Shown piece by piece: positions 48,501 to 62,300 of a stretch of DNA of 64,000 bases. Where the stretch lies: the NCBI GenBank assembly GCA_043228905.1, contig JBHGNT010000015.1, positions 14,322,001 to 14,386,000 on the forward strand, in the 5' to 3' direction. This DNA comes from Azolla caroliniana (Eukaryota > Plantae > Polypodiophyta). How positions within the stretch are numbered: position 1 is the first letter of the stretch; each line of letters opens with the position of its first letter. The notes below the pieces were generated by a model. The model was not told the origin of the DNA. It was given only the letters and a program-made list of their open reading frames with translations, and searched no databases. The translations under genes and the position numbers were made by a program.

Positions 48501-51500
48501 AGATTTAGAAAGATAAAAAAGCTCACAGCTTCTTCATCCGATATCCAAATTTCGAAAGAAAATATGCATAAAAACGCTGACAACGAGAGATTTCCAAAAA
48601 TATATTGTATGATAAATTTGGGATTACAGAGGAGAAACAATGGCTCGAATATATTTGTTTTTTAAAAATACAAGAATAACGCAACCAAAATCCTATAAAT
48701 AGGAGGGTATTATTAGCCATAGGGAGAGGGATGAAAGAAGAATAGAAGGTCTACAAGAAGTGAGAAGGGGCTTGGTAGAAGAAGGAAGGAAGAAGGAAAG
48801 CTATTGTTATTTAGAGTTATACAAAGAAAAGGAGTTCTATGGAGTTGTGTTTGTATTTGGAGTCTAAGAAGTTTGTATTGTTCACATTCTTTTATCTTCC
48901 TCTTCTCTTCTCTGTCTTGTCTCTAGCTCTCTTCATCAGTAAGCTTCTCAAATGTTTAAGGTATTGAGTAGATAGTAAAAGGAAAAGCAGAGACAACGTC
49001 CATGGAGTGGATAGCTTACAGGTATGGAGGAACAAGATAGTAAGAAGAAAACAGCATCGAATCAAAGCTTTAATATAGATGATGCTTCAAGCATAAAGAA
49101 ATTTGGTAGTGATCAGCTTTCTCTTTAACATTGTCTTTTATAAGTGTAACTTAAGTGCTATTGTACATATCTCTGACCAAAAAGTGTTACTGCTTTCTAT
49201 AATGGATGTAAAATAGGCCCAAGTCCAACAACTGAAGACAATACCTTCAGGTTCTGAAGCATAAGATTTACCGTTCTATCATGTTTATATATTTAACTTT
49301 TCCTAAGACATTTGTTGCAATGTTTTCACACTGTGCTATAGCACGAAAAGTTCTGTGCATTTTGTTCCTTTGCCTGTGCTCCATTCCCTCATTCTCCATT
49401 CCTCTGCATTTCTGCTATGTTTCCTACAAAATATAATTGCTTCTCCATAGGAGCAATGTGAATATAAAACCATATTCATCAAAGCCAGTCCTTTAAACTC
49501 CAGAGACTGCAGCATTGAAATCTCCTCTGAAGATTATTTACCCCCCATGTTTCAACAATTTCTTGGAGGCTAATGGGCATTCTGCAAAAACACAGTCAAA
49601 TACTTTTCTATTGACCATTCATTAACTTCCTTCCCTGATAACCTGTTCATAAAGCAATAAAACAAGAGTATTCTCTCAACGACCATACTGGGAGCTGCCA
49701 GCCATTCATAGGGAACCCTTGACTGTGTTTTTCATAAGTATGGAGGGCAGGCAGCTAGTTAATACTGTATTGATAGGACCATTGATATGATCTATGGTGA
49801 CTTAATCAGTTTGACATCTCTTAACATGAAAATTCAAAGTGGAAGTAATTATAGCAGACATAGCTTTAAGAAACAAACATAACAAGGTAGCAAACCTGGT
49901 ACAGACAGTAGCTCAATAGTCCAGCCAAGGATAGCACCAAAGCTACTATGATAGGAATATTCCCAATGCCAGTGAAATTAAATATTCTTGAAAGTTGGGC
50001 TACAATGAAAGGAATAACAGATAAGACCATGATTCGAGCTGACAGCATGGTCAACTCATCATTTTCGACTCCCGTTCCTGCACCAACAATACAAGAAAAG
50101 TAAGGAAGACCATATAATGATATAAAAGTGTAAAGGTAACTTTTCCTACAAAACCCAATTTGAAGAATATTTTTAAAATTTTCCAGAAAGAAAAACAAAC
50201 TAATAGAAGATATTGTCGATACCTGTCAGATCAAAATGCCTTGTAAGTTTTTTGTCTTCTGCCGTAAGGTTGTGGCTATCATCAACCTTTAAGTCACATC
50301 GTCCAAGTAAAAGGCAGCTTCCCCACAGAACCGTTAAGAGCATCACAGTTGACCCTGCTAGCAACCCAATACCAACTAGTATCTGTTCCTGAGCTTCAGT
50401 TTGTGTGCCCCCTAAGCCGGACACTACAAAACAGCAAGAAACTCATTATACCAGTATTCTACTGCTGATGAGAATAACATGCTTGTATATTTCACCAAAA
50501 TATCTAGAAGGATGCTGAAACTTACTTAATAATCAGAAACAGAAAAATCTCCTAGCTTAATTTGCAGTTAATTTTTTTATGCATTCTATATGTTTCACCA
50601 AACATATACGGAAAGGGTATATATACTTAATATACTTCTATTTTTACAAGATTGAAAAGACTCAAATGATCTGATGCAAACCCTAATTTAGTCCAAATAT
50701 ACATTGTCTTTTAATATAGTGTACGATGATGAAAACAAGATCTATACATCTGACTAGAACATAACGCCAAATCATGTGCGCATAAAACTGTGTTGTGAAG
50801 CAAACATATGCAAGATTGGATTTCGTGTTCTCAAACCAGGTTGCATCGAGATAATCATTGCTGGTGTGCTGACTTTACAAGAATGGCTCCTATCACATGA
50901 CACAAATATAAATGCATTACCCTACTTGGACGTGACAAAGTAGAAAAGAACAGAGTGATATGAACTGATATCATTAAATTGGATAATGAAAGAATGCAGC
51001 TCAGCCCCACAACAGCTCTTCATAGGCATATGGCCCACCCAAAGGTCCCCTTTTTCCAGTCAGCACATGTATAAATCATCAGGCTCTCTTATATGGTTAC
51101 ACATCTCCGTAATGTGCTTCGTAGTGTGATAAGGCAGCTCAAGACCTTTTCACATCAATTGTAGAATCAGGATATGGAGTCAAAGGCACATTATATCTGC
51201 CATTGCACTATTTTTGCATGAAATAAGGGGGAGATACCATTGCCTCTTTAAACAAGGCTTTGATCCACTCCACAAGTTAATAGAATACAAAAAACGGGAA
51301 TCCTTGGGACAGTTCTTGCTAGAAATCAAGAGTAATAGAAGATGTTGAAGAACCACAAAAACTCATCAGCAAATCACTCATGCTACAATGGTCCACACAT
51401 AAATGCATTGGTCCATCTTTTTCCGTCACAGATAAGATTGGCATGAAGACAGGGTAATTTACTTGGCGAAATAAAACCTTCTGCCACGTAATTAGAAAGG

Positions 51501-52505
51501 TGTTGTGATGCTTCATTTTTTTCCAACAATACTCAATGTATTGAGGGATTTACTGATATAGTTTTCTTTGGGTATAAAGACTATAACATGTTTACGTGAG
51601 GAGGGGATCTTTAAAGGCCAGTTTTCTGGAAATTCACCATTAAACTTACTTCCTAAAATACCTATTTGAAAGCAAACTTCATTTGAAGATGAGTCAAGTA
51701 ATTCAGAAAATTCCTTATTTTCACAGAATTTAACTTCACTTTGATAGAGTGGAGAGGTGATGTGACATAAAACAATCCTAAATTTACCAGTATTCTGAAG
51801 GATTGGTTCCCAGATGTACATACAACATATGTATCCATGTATGGACGGATGGGCGCATGTATATATGTATGTATGTGTATGTATGTGTATGTATGTATGT
51901 ATGTATGTATGTATGTATGTATGTATGTATGTATGTACGTATGTATGTATGTATGTATGTACGTATGTATGTATGTATGTAAGTAAGTAAGTAAGTTTGT
52001 ATGTATGTATGTATGTAAAGGATGAGAAAGAGTTAGATGAGGCATTACCAAGTATAAGAATGGAATCAGGTAGGGCACCCAAGATCGGAAGGAGAAGGCC
52101 GCCGATGAGACCCACATCGAGTATGGTGAGGAGAAGCTCACTGCCTTTCGCCATAAGCTTTGCTGCAACATAGAGTAGGTAGACATAGACTGCCAGGAGG
52201 AAGAGATTTCCAAGGACTGAATCGGTGCAGGGGAGGAACCCATATGTGGGTTCGCAAGAAGATGATGATTTGATGGAAGATGCATTAGTATCTGATGAAA
52301 TGGACCCTGGAATATCTTCTATTATGGCTTCATCCGAGAATGTAGTGTAGCCGATGGAATGGAAGTGGTCATCTGAGAGCAGCAAGGGGCGTGGGCTAAA
52401 AGGGGTAGCTGAAGAGAGAAAGGAAGAAGAGAGTATGAATGATAAAATCATGAACAAAGAGAAGCAGAGTATTGAAAATGAAGAAGAAGAAGAAGAAGAA
52501 GCCAT
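45538..52505 (-). CDS. NCL: Na+/Ca2+ exchanger-like protein with two EF hands, 7 exons, ~596 aa
   Basis: Exons 52505-52049, 50423-50223, 50077-49896, 47567-47419, 47237-47006, 46865-46545, 45786-45538 (GT-AG, 1791 nt). Signal peptide, CEPTYGFLPC, GGLLLPILGALPD, GLLAGST, EF hands DNNGDGLLERKEL and DVNHDEKITLDEF, FADPLVDAV, IYGGVTMN. Confidence 0.95.
51160..51510 (-). mobile_element. Highly decayed gypsy RT remnant in NCL intron 1
   Basis: PVFMPILSVTEKDGPMHLCVD resembles the SPxxxPvlxVxKKDGxxRxCVD motif. Confidence 0.5.
51860..52016. repeat. (ATGT)n microsatellite in NCL intron 1
   Basis: Directly visible; it creates spurious YIHT-repeat ORFs. Confidence 0.95.
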
Positions 52506-53231
52506 GGATTCTTCTTTAATCTCTCCTAACTGATCGATCACATAGAGAGCGAGCTGTGTATGTACATATGTCAAATCATTAGTCAATCGCTAGTTTACTA
52601 CAAACAAATTATAGTCTCCGACTACTTTACTAAATTTAAAACAGCTACAGAAAATGGGTCTTTTAGATAGATCCTCGGGATATTCTTAATAACAAAAGTG
52701 GGAATTGGAAAGTATGTATGTATGTACATTATACATATGTATATGAATGCAATCCACTTAGAAATGTAGTGATCACATTTTGGGGGTCATTGTTGATATC
52801 ATAGATTAACAGCAATGTTAGGCTCATTCCAATTAAATAAATCTACAATAAAAGCATCAAGAACTTGGTTTGTACGAGTTTATCAGTGAGTTATACTCTC
52901 ATTCTGATGATGCCTTACCTATCCATATTGTGAGTGATAACGATGCTACGTTTACTAGTTATGTTTGGACGGAAGTTCTTAAGAAACTAGAAACTGCTTT
53001 TGGCATATGAGTTTCACACTCCATCATCAGCCTAATGGACAAATCGAACGAGTTAGTCAAATAATTAAGGATGTGCTTGGAGCGTATGCCACTAGCCTAG
53101 CAATGGGAACAATATCTTCCTATTCTGGAGCTTTCTTGTAATAGCTCCAAACATACATCGACTCGATATGGTCCTTTTATGTTAATGTATGGTTTTCAAC
53201 CACATGTTGTTTTGTCATGTCCATGTCACGT

Positions 53232-55142
53232 TGTCGTGATGTTTTCGACGCATAGTGCGAAACCCCACCCTGAAAAGAGAATAAAATAGTAGTCCAAATA
53301 AACTACTGTTGTTAAATCAACTATTGTAATAAATGAAAGGATAAAAAGTTAGAAGCAGTTTTCGAAAGTAGACAAAAATAGAGAAAAAGATGGGAAAAGA
53401 AAAGCTAGTCGTGGATAGGGATCGGCAACGGTTCGGTTTAGGCTTAGCCGGCTCGGCTTGATCCAAGCCAAACCGGCTAAGCCTAAACCGTTTACAGGAT
53501 CTCAAACCTAAGCCGAGCCGGTTCACAAACCGGTTAGGCTAAACCGGTTTATGCTAAACCGGTTTGTGAACCGGCTTGGTAAACGTCTTGTAAACCGGTT
53601 TCTAAACCGGCTTGGAAACCGGTTTAGAAACCTCCCTCTCTCTCTCTCTCCCTACCTCCCTCTCTCTCAAATGATCCACTATATACTATATACTATATAC
53701 TATACATTGTACAAGCTCTCCCTCCCACTCTCTCTCACGTCTGTGGTCTCGACTCTCTCTCCCTCTCCCTCTCTCTCCCCTCTATGTAGTTCCTCTCTCT
53801 CTCTCACGTCTATGGTCTTGACTCTCCCTCTATCTCTCTCTCTCTCCCCTCTATGTAGTTCCTCTCTCTCTCTCTCTCTCTCTCCCTCTCTGTAGTCTCT
53901 CTCTCTCTCCCCTCTATGTAGTTCCTCTCTCTCTCTCTCTCCCCTCTGTGTAGTCTCTCTATATCCCTCTCTCTCTCTCTCTCCCCTCTGTGTACTCTCT
54001 CTATATCCCTCTCTCTCTCTCTCTCCCCTCTGTGTACTCTCTCTATATCCCTCTCTCTCTCTCTCTCCCCTCTGTGTAGTCTCTCTCTCCTTATATGTTG
54101 TCTCCCTCCCTCTGTCTCTCTCTCCTCGTCTATGTAGTTCTCCCTCCCTCACTCTCTCTCTCTCTCTTTCCCCTTGTCTGTTGTCTCTCTCCCCCTCTCT
54201 AAAGTTTATAAATGGCTTAAACGGCTTAAACGGTTTATCCGGCTTAGCCGGCTTGAGCCGGTTTGGCGAGGCTCAAGCCAAGCCGAGCCGAGCTCAAACT
54301 GTTAAGGCAAGTTCAAGCCTAAACCAAGCCGAGCCGAGCCGCTAAGCCGCTAAGCCGTTTTCAAGCCGGCTAAGCCAAACGGTTTAGGCTTGAGCCGAGC
54401 CGTTGCCGATCCCTACTCGTGGATATGAGGAGCAAGGTCGAGTAAAAAGCTCGTAATTTACTTGTCCAATGTCCAAATTAGAAAAGGAAAGATGCATAAG
54501 AAAGCTAACTGAAATAGCTTTCTAAGAGTTGCTTGCATGTCAGATTTGACGTTGCGGAACAGAAATAGTGATTAAAAGAAAACTCGACTCATATAGAGAA
54601 GCTTTTGGGAAAAAGAAAGGAAGCAAGCAAGCAAGCAATCCTAAACTTATAAATAAGAGCTTATTTTAAGAAGAAGAAGAAGGGGGGAATTTGAAGAAGA
54701 AAAGATTTATGTTTCCTCTCTCATACTCTTATACCCTAAAAGGGGATAGAAAAAAAATCATGCAACAAAATAGATCCATTATAGTGATGATTTAGTAATA
54801 AAAAGCTTTCCATGTTTCCTCTCTCATGATCTCTTTCTTTAAACTTTTCTTATGTATAAGTAAAATTAAGTGTTATTCATGCTTGCTTACTCTAAGCCTT
54901 CTTACTCATAAGAATAAATAAGTATTATTTAATCTCGCATAATCTCCTACTCGAATATTTGCTTATGCATAAATGTAATTAACTATTATTCGATCTCTTA
55001 TACTACCAATTTACTCTTATTAGAGGGAAATCTCTCGTCTTTAAGCTTAAAGTGCATTAAGCGTAAAGCCCTAGATCCTTCCGGTCCAGAACCCCGGTGG
55101 TTCCGCCTCACGATCCGCACTTATTGGCGGATTTTCACGACA
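53232..55142 (+). mobile_element. Gypsy solo LTR (tRNA-Trp lineage) with a 4-bp ACGT TSD
   Basis: Termini TGTCGTGA..TCACGACA, ACGT at 53228-53231 and 55143-55146. The 3' motif CCCCGGTGGT..GCGGATTT is shared with the LTR ending at 60128. Confidence 0.8.
53416..54415. mobile_element. hAT-type MITE (family B) with a CT-rich internal minisatellite
   Basis: 16-bp TIR TAGGGATCGGCAACGG, TSD GTCGTGGA/CTCGTGGA, many AACCG/AGCCG subterminal motifs. Confidence 0.9.
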
Positions 55143-56166
55143 ACGTGTCTCGATCAATGTCAGCATTCCATTGTGATGAGTTACAACGCACACAAAACTT
55201 TCTAAGGTATATGCAAGACATGTTGCATATATCTTGAGATAATATAAAAACGGCTTAAGACAATGTCCACTTTTATGCAAGTGGTAAGTGTGTTAAATTT
55301 GCCCCACGCCTTTTTGAACCTTTGACAATCCTCAAGTGTATTGGTTCATTTGCTTATTGCCTCAACCTTCTAGCTTGCATCAAAGTTCATCCTATCTTTC
55401 ATATTAGTCATATGAAAGAGCCCTTGGGTTCTTATGATAATTTAGTTTCCATCAAAACTTTGGTTACACATGAGGATTTGTCATCCAAACCTTATAATCT
55501 AGAAAGAACTCTCAATTCAAAAACTAAAGGTTGACATTCTAATTATATTCGAGAGTTTAAAATTAAATGGATGGATAGTTCTATTGAAGATGCTTTTCAA
55601 ACAAACTTTCTGGACTTTCCAACTCAAAAGTGCAATCTTTTAGACATGGGAGTATATTATGAGCATAACCGTAACCGTAATTGTATGCTAATTTGTATGT
55701 ATGACAGGTAAGGATTTGAGTTATCTCGATCCTACAGTGGGATATAACTTTGAGAGTGTTTCATCACTTGGTTGTTTAAATATTAAAAAACAATCTAAAT
55801 ATGAAACACAAAAGGGCCTAGAGTTTAAGCCTATATAAGAAGGCTAGCTACCTTCATGAAAGGGGATCTCTTTTCTTTATTGTTTCGAGGTAGAGACTTT
55901 GACAATGTGGCAAAGCTCTAGTTTCGTACATGTGTGCCTCATTCTTCTTCAAACCCACGGTATAATCCACGTTTGTACAAGATGGTATGGGACGTTGGCA
56001 GGGGACTTAAATTCGTCTCTCACCTTCGCTAGGGGGTAGTCGAGTGGATTGGCACCCTTTCTTGCTTATTTTCCTTCTTTAATTTTGCTTACCATTAATT
56101 TAGATTCTAATAGTTATCGAAAACTTGTTATTAGATCTTAATCCATAGTTGATAATCAAGGTAACA

Positions 56167-57365
56167 AAAATATAAAAGGTTTAAGAAGTGATGGTGGTGG
56201 TGATTACAGTTCAAACGAATTTTGAGAAAAAAGAAATGGAATAATGAGATGTATAACACCAAAGCATGATCCCGAGATGAATGGGGTTGTTGAATGAAAA
56301 AATCAACACATCTTAGAGTGTCTTAGAGCCACGATGTTTGAAATGAATGTCAAAAAGGTGTTTTCAACATATGCATGACATCACCAACAGTAACATTAAT
56401 TAGTAGAATGCCAACAATAGTTCGTAAAAAAGAAAACTTCATATGAACTATTTTTTGGACAATAGCCAAGAGTTGATAGTCTAAGAGTGTTTGGATATGT
56501 TTGTTATATGGATGTTCCTAGTCATGTTTGAAATAAATCATGGATATTGATGTTATGATCCATAAAGCAAGAGATTTTATGTTTTTGGATATGTCAAATT
56601 TGATGAGAACACAAGTTTCCAATGTTTAGAGTGTAAGGTGCAGGTACATTAACCACAAGAAGAACTTGTGGAAAAGAAAGAAGAAAAAGGAAAGGAAGAT
56701 GACTCACAAGAAAAAAAAAAGAATAAAATTATGACTCTAATATCAATCATGGAGGTATGTTTGAGCATGACGATCGCAATGGATAAGAAAGCCTATAGAA
56801 ATATTAACTTATCATTCATTGTTGGCAAAATATTATTTGTTTATGTCACAAATTGAATATTGTGTGAAACCAAGTTTGTATGAAGAAGCATATAATAAAA
56901 ATGAATGGTTGGAACTTGGACGCCATGCAAGAAGAAATGAACACATTAAAGAAAAGTCGCACATGGGAATTGTTGTCGAGAATTGATGGTCAAAATCTAA
57001 TTGGATATAGGTGGATTTATAAAGCAAAATACAATTCTGATATTACAATTAATTGATATAAAGCTAGATTTGTTTTGAAAGGCTGCGCACAAACTTATGG
57101 TTTAGATTATGAAGAAATATTTTCACCTATCGCAAAATGTTTAGTGTAAGATCTGTAATATCACTTGCCATTAGTCCAAATTGGAAGCTTTCGCAAATGA
57201 TTGTCAATTAAAAAAAAAAAAAAGGTAATTGAAATGAAATTGTTTACATGGAATAACCACAAGGATACATAATATGTGGTAATAATTTCGCGTGCAAGCT
57301 AAAGAAAGCTTTAAATAGATTGAAACAAACATTAGGTTCTTGGCATGACAGGTTAACAAAGTAAT
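56167..57365 (+). mobile_element. Very decayed AT-rich copia integrase/RT remnant
   Basis: IKGLRSDGGGDYSSNEF, YKARFVLKG..QTYGLDYEEIFSP, many stops. Confidence 0.75.
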
Positions 57366-57569
57366 TTACAAAAGACATGTTTTAAACAAAGTATAGCAGA
57401 TGTGTCTCTCACAAGCACATACAACATAAAGACGAAGAGAAATGCACAAGACGTTTAAGCTAAAGAAACACAAACAAGGTAGTGGTCGTGTTCCACATTT
57501 CACATGTATGCACAAGATTCGATTACAACGGCTCAAGTTATTGCCATGTAAGCGACTTGGGGTCTTTGC

Positions 57570-58030
57570 TAACAATTGGCAACGGTTCGGTTTGACGGCT
57601 TAACGGTTTGAACGATTCAGTTTGGTTTGGTTTGGTTTGGTTCAGGTTTAGGTATTTAAAAACGGGTTCGATTCGGTTTTAATGGTTTAATGGTTTTTTA
57701 TTTTTTATTTTTTAAAATTTAAAAATTGTTTTAAAACTATCTTTTCATTTTTAGACCTTATTCTCACATTTTAGGAACATCTTAAAAATTTTAAAAGTTT
57801 AAATAATGAAATATTATAAATTTTAAAAAATTAAAAATTAAAAATTTGACTTATATTGAAAACTGAAACCAAACCACGAAACCGTGGTTTTTTACAGTTT
57901 AATGGCTTAACGGTTTGAAAATGGTTTACCGGTTCGGTTTAATGGTTTCATGGTTCGGTTCGGTTTGGTTCAGGTTTCAAAAAGTTTTAACGGTTTGGAC
58001 CCTCTCAAACCGAACCGTTGCCGATTGTTA
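57570..58030. mobile_element. hAT-type MITE (family A)
   Basis: TIR TAACAATTGGCAACGG / CCGTTGCCGATTGTTA, TSD GTCTTTGC/GTCTTCGC. Confidence 0.88.
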
Positions 58031-58044
58031 GTCTTCGCGTGGAA

Positions 58045-58311
58045 TGTGTGAGGGATCACTCTTGACCACAACCAAGATCCAGACTCAAATAGGAAGAAAC
58101 GGAACAGAAAATAGAGATTGATACACTTACACAAGAATGAGACACATCGTATGTTAATGTGGAAAACCTCGAGAGGCAAAACCATGGGAGTTTGAAGACT
58201 CCAAATAGGATCACTATAGGAGAGAGGAAGGGTACAATAGAAGACTCAAAGGCAACGATCTCAAGCTCTATATCTTCGCCAACCGGTAGTTACAGCAGAT
58301 ACAATTTCTTG

Positions 58312-58365
<54 letters not shown>

Positions 58366-59382
58366 CAATAACTAGCAACTAAACTCTAACCTCTTCTTAT
58401 TGCCCTAGTTATATTTATACTTCCAAACATATTTACTAATATGTCCCTACTTCTAGTTCACACCGGATTCGACCGGATACCTTCCGGATCCATCCGGTCT
58501 GATTTCTTCCTCTGGTTCATCCGGTTCCCGTTCGGAGGAACCGATTTCCCAACAAACTCCCCCTTCACTCTGGCATGGGATGTCTTGTCAATTAGATCCA
58601 TCTCCGACACACATCCAACTTCTCAGTTGACAATAGTGTGGTCAACATGTCCAACCTGTTCTCCTCCGTGTGGATCTTCGTCAAAGAAAAGTCTTTGTCT
58701 TCTACCTTCTCCCAAAGCCAATGATATCTCCTCTAGATGTGCTTGTTCCTAGAATGGTAGGCTGCGTTCTTCGCAAGGTGGATGACACTTTGATTGTTGC
58801 AGTAGAGCCGAAATTCCTCGTACTGGATTCCTAACTCTCCGATGAAATCCTTCATCCAGATTACTTCCTTGCTGACTTCTACAACCGCCATGTACTCCGC
58901 TTCTATTGTCAACAATGCCACAGACTTCTACAACCTTGACTGCCACGATACAACTCCCCCTACATAGGTCATGATGTATTCGGACGTGGATCGGTTGGTA
59001 TCTACATCAGCTGACATGTTCAAATCAATAAAACCTTCTAGTAGGGGTTTACTTGAGCCGAATCGGAGGCACATGCTCGTGGTGCCCTTCAGGTACCGGA
59101 ATATTCACTTGACCGTTGTCCAATGCTCTCTTCCCAGATCGCTCATGAACCAGCTGACCACTTTGATTCGGCTTCGGATTGCATATCCAATGTCCTATTG
59201 GGTACACACAATTACATACATTAGGCTTCCGACTACTGAGGCATAAGGTACCTTCATCATCTTGGCTTTCTCCGTCTTTGACTTCGGATTTTGTTTCCCA
59301 GACAACTTGCAATTTGTCAGAAGTGTCAACCCGACTGGCTTTGCATCCACCATGCTGAACCTTTGGAGCACCTTTATCACGT
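58045..59382 (-). mobile_element. Tork-like copia 3' end (RT/RNase H, PPT, 3' LTR ~58045-58554)
   Basis: KVPYASVVGSLMY, EAEYMAVVE..HLAKNAAYHSR, PPT AAGGGGGAG at ~58557-58565. Cut by the gypsy insertion at 59383. Confidence 0.85.
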
Positions 59383-62300
59383 TGTCCTGGGAAATTCCGG
59401 CTATTTGGAGAAACAAAACTAAACGCGCGTGAACGAGGGTGTGCATTGATGCACTCAGAATATGTCTATGTACAAACATGAGTAAATAGTATAGTGTTAG
59501 TTTAAGTGTCGAGGAGTACTAGGTAGGAGTGATTCGATAGGTACTTTAAGGCCACACGCATAGAGAATAATAATAATATATGATGGAGAGAATTGAGAAA
59601 AATCTCTGCCCGAAAGTGGTTGTCTTTATTGGTGATGTAACGGCCCCCCTTTGTTCTATAAAAGGGGAGGTTTGGGACTGTTTTAGGGATCCACCATTTT
59701 CGAGAACAAAGTGTTGCCGATTTGACATCCGCACTTTCTCGTTCCCTCCGTTGTTTGTTCTGAGCTGATTTCGAGAAGGTGTAGTCCTCTCTTCGCCTAG
59801 GTAGCCCATGTGCTCCCGACCAACAACTCATCTTTCTGAGTTTGATGCGTGCGTCGCGAGCTCGTAGCTCCTTTATCGGTTGCGTCTTGTTGCACTCTTT
59901 CTGTTCCTTTGTTAATCATTCGTTTTGCCGATTCCTCGTGTGTTTGGGTACCCCCTGTGCTTTATTTATGCTCTGATTCTGTTCGAGCGTGCGTTTTCGG
60001 GAGTGTTGTGAGTTCTTCATTCTACCTGACATCTAGTCCGGACGACCCTTCTTCTTTTGTTGGCTCCTTGGTCTGAGACCCCGGTGGTCTTGCCCCATTC
60101 CAACACGTACTCGCGGATTTCCGCGACATATTTGGTGAACTCGACGTGAAGGGGTGCCAGAGGAGTTTGAAAATGAGGGGAAATGAACTCGCTGAAGCGA
60201 TGGCAGTGGCTGCCAACCGCCTTGTTAATGCTCGTGAGAGCAACAATGGTCTCGATAGGGCCGTGGAAACAATAGTCGGCACGACAGGCCGATTCAACGG
60301 AAAGGACGTCACAAACTACCAGGAGGCGTTCAAGGCCAAGATGTTGATGAGAGATGTTCCGGACGATAGATGGTTGTCTGCGTTTCCACGGGTAGTTACG
60401 TCGAGCATCCACGCAGAGGTGCTCAAGATGCAGGTTGACTGCCAAAGTTGGCCGGCGTTCGAGGAGCGGCTCCTCAAAAGATACGGTTTCGATGACTCAC
60501 TCCGGTTATCGAAGAGGGAGTTGATAGAGTGGGTCAAGAGCCCCAGAAAGGGGAGGAACACATTAACGCTCCTCCAAGAGTTTGAAAGACGATTCGCGCG
60601 GCTCTCAGCGTTGGACCAGACCGTGCTCGACACGAGCAAGGTCCTATTGTTTATCAAGTCGGTTGATCCAGTCCTGAGTCAACCGAGAAAAGGTAGGTCT
60701 CTTGTTGGAGATGAATGAAGGGCTCATGACCGATTGGGACGTGGTAAAAAGGGTCTGTGGCCGTTTCGACAAACGACGAGAATGGAACGATGGGGGATCG
60801 TTGACGACTGGCCTTGGTGTCGGGAAGAAGCCGAAGGAACCGATTCTAGTACGGGTAGAAGAGACACGACGGTGGTTTGAGTCAGGCACGGTTTCGACCG
60901 ACGTGGTCAAGGGCCTATCCATGGGTGTAACTTTGGAGGAGCTGACGAAGATGTGCACGATCTCTAGATCGCGCAAGCTCGAAGAGATGGTGGGGGACAG
61001 TCATGTGACCGGAGGCCTCCAGTCGACCAAGGATGCATGGGGTGCGATGCTGTTGGCCACATCCGAAGAGAGTGCACCGATTTCGCCAAAACCCTCAAGA
61101 ACAATATTGCGTATCTCTAGAATGGGCGGGTACACATGTGTGACACGCGAAGGCCCCTCTAGGTGAATATCGGATGAGGCGGCATGAAGAGGATAATGAA
61201 AGAAGTCATTGTCCGGAATGCTGAGGCCATTCGCTACTCGATGTCGATAGGGATCTAGGTAGGCGGAGAGAAGGGCACTGGATTCGAAAGCAATACCTTA
61301 TTCTAGCCGCTCGTACTAGAAGGCATGTCGGGGGTGAGGCTACGAAAGGAAGAGGCGGACCGCGCGGAGAGGAAAGTCCAACAAGGCACCGGATGGAATG
61401 ATCCGGCTGAAGAGAAACCCGGCTTCGTAGAAGTCGTGTGCCAGAACTATGAGGTTCTGGTCGAGGACAAACAAGCCGGAGAGGCCGGAAGCGCCGATCC
61501 CTCGAACCGGTACAAGACCTGGAGTGGGCCAAAAAAGAATGACGGAGGCCCAACTAGCGCACAGGGGAAGGCGAAGATTCTGAGCTTCCGGCTGAGCTCG
61601 GAGATAGAGAGGATGACGGTTTTGCAGAAGGTCTTGGAAGACCGGATCCTCGATAGCAAGGTGGAGCTCTTGTTACGAGAGGTGTTGGGGATCACAAAGA
61701 AGGAATTCCATGATTCCATCGTGGACCTGGTGAAAAGGAAGTGGCACTCGTCGGAGCCAGAGCCGGAGAAGCCAGTGGAGGTAAAGGCGGCCCATATCGA
61801 AGAGGTGGCGATGGAACAGGAGACCTCGGATAGCCAGTTCTTGAAGCCACACTGGGCAAGGACGACAATGGAGACCCCAGTCCGGATCAAGGACGTGAAG
61901 GAGCCACTAGTAGCGTTGATCGACCATGGATCAGAAATCAACCTAATGTCAATGGACTTCTACAAGAAGGGAAAGTGGTCGATCAACACCAAGCATGAGT
62001 GGAAGATACGTGCGTCGATTGGGCCACAGAGTGAAGGTCTACGATGTCGAGATTGATCAACACTTATTCATGCAGGAGACGTCTTCCCATTTGGTAATTC
62101 TAGGCGAACCCTACATCATGGTGGCCTGGATGGAAACCAAGGTGCTGGACAACGGCTCGGCCTACGCGTATGTAAAAAGTCTGGACGGTCGGCACTCCGT
62201 CCAGTTCTTGACGGTCCGGCCAAACCACGAGCGGAATCGGGATTCTCTTGGCGACGAAGGCCGAGAGGATTTTTGAAGAGGGCTATCAAGGCGTGGGGCT

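Larger units (their letters stand above)
52780..56166 (+). mobile_element. Decayed chromovirus-like gypsy 3' half (integrase, chromodomain, probable LTR 55655-56166), interrupted by a solo LTR
   Basis: SIVSDNDATFTS..PNGQIERVSQII..YGFQP, resuming after 55146 with KVHPIFHISH and ERTLNSKTK..REFKIKWMDSSIEDA. Purine run near 55648, and an end at GTAACA. Confidence 0.65.

Noticed and set aside
48350-48940. Solo LTR in NCL intron 3
   Set aside because: It has LTR-like composition (TATAAATAGG, purine-rich run), but I could not find matching termini with a TSD.
51513-52586. 357-aa ORF and overlapping YIHT-repeat ORFs taken as proteins
   Set aside because: Only 52505-52049 is NCL exon 1. The rest is read-through into an intronic (ATGT)n tract, and the listed start is a non-ATG codon.
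53551-54152. RE/SL-repeat ORFs
   Set aside because: Translations of the CT minisatellite inside a MITE. The same applies to 24685-25094.
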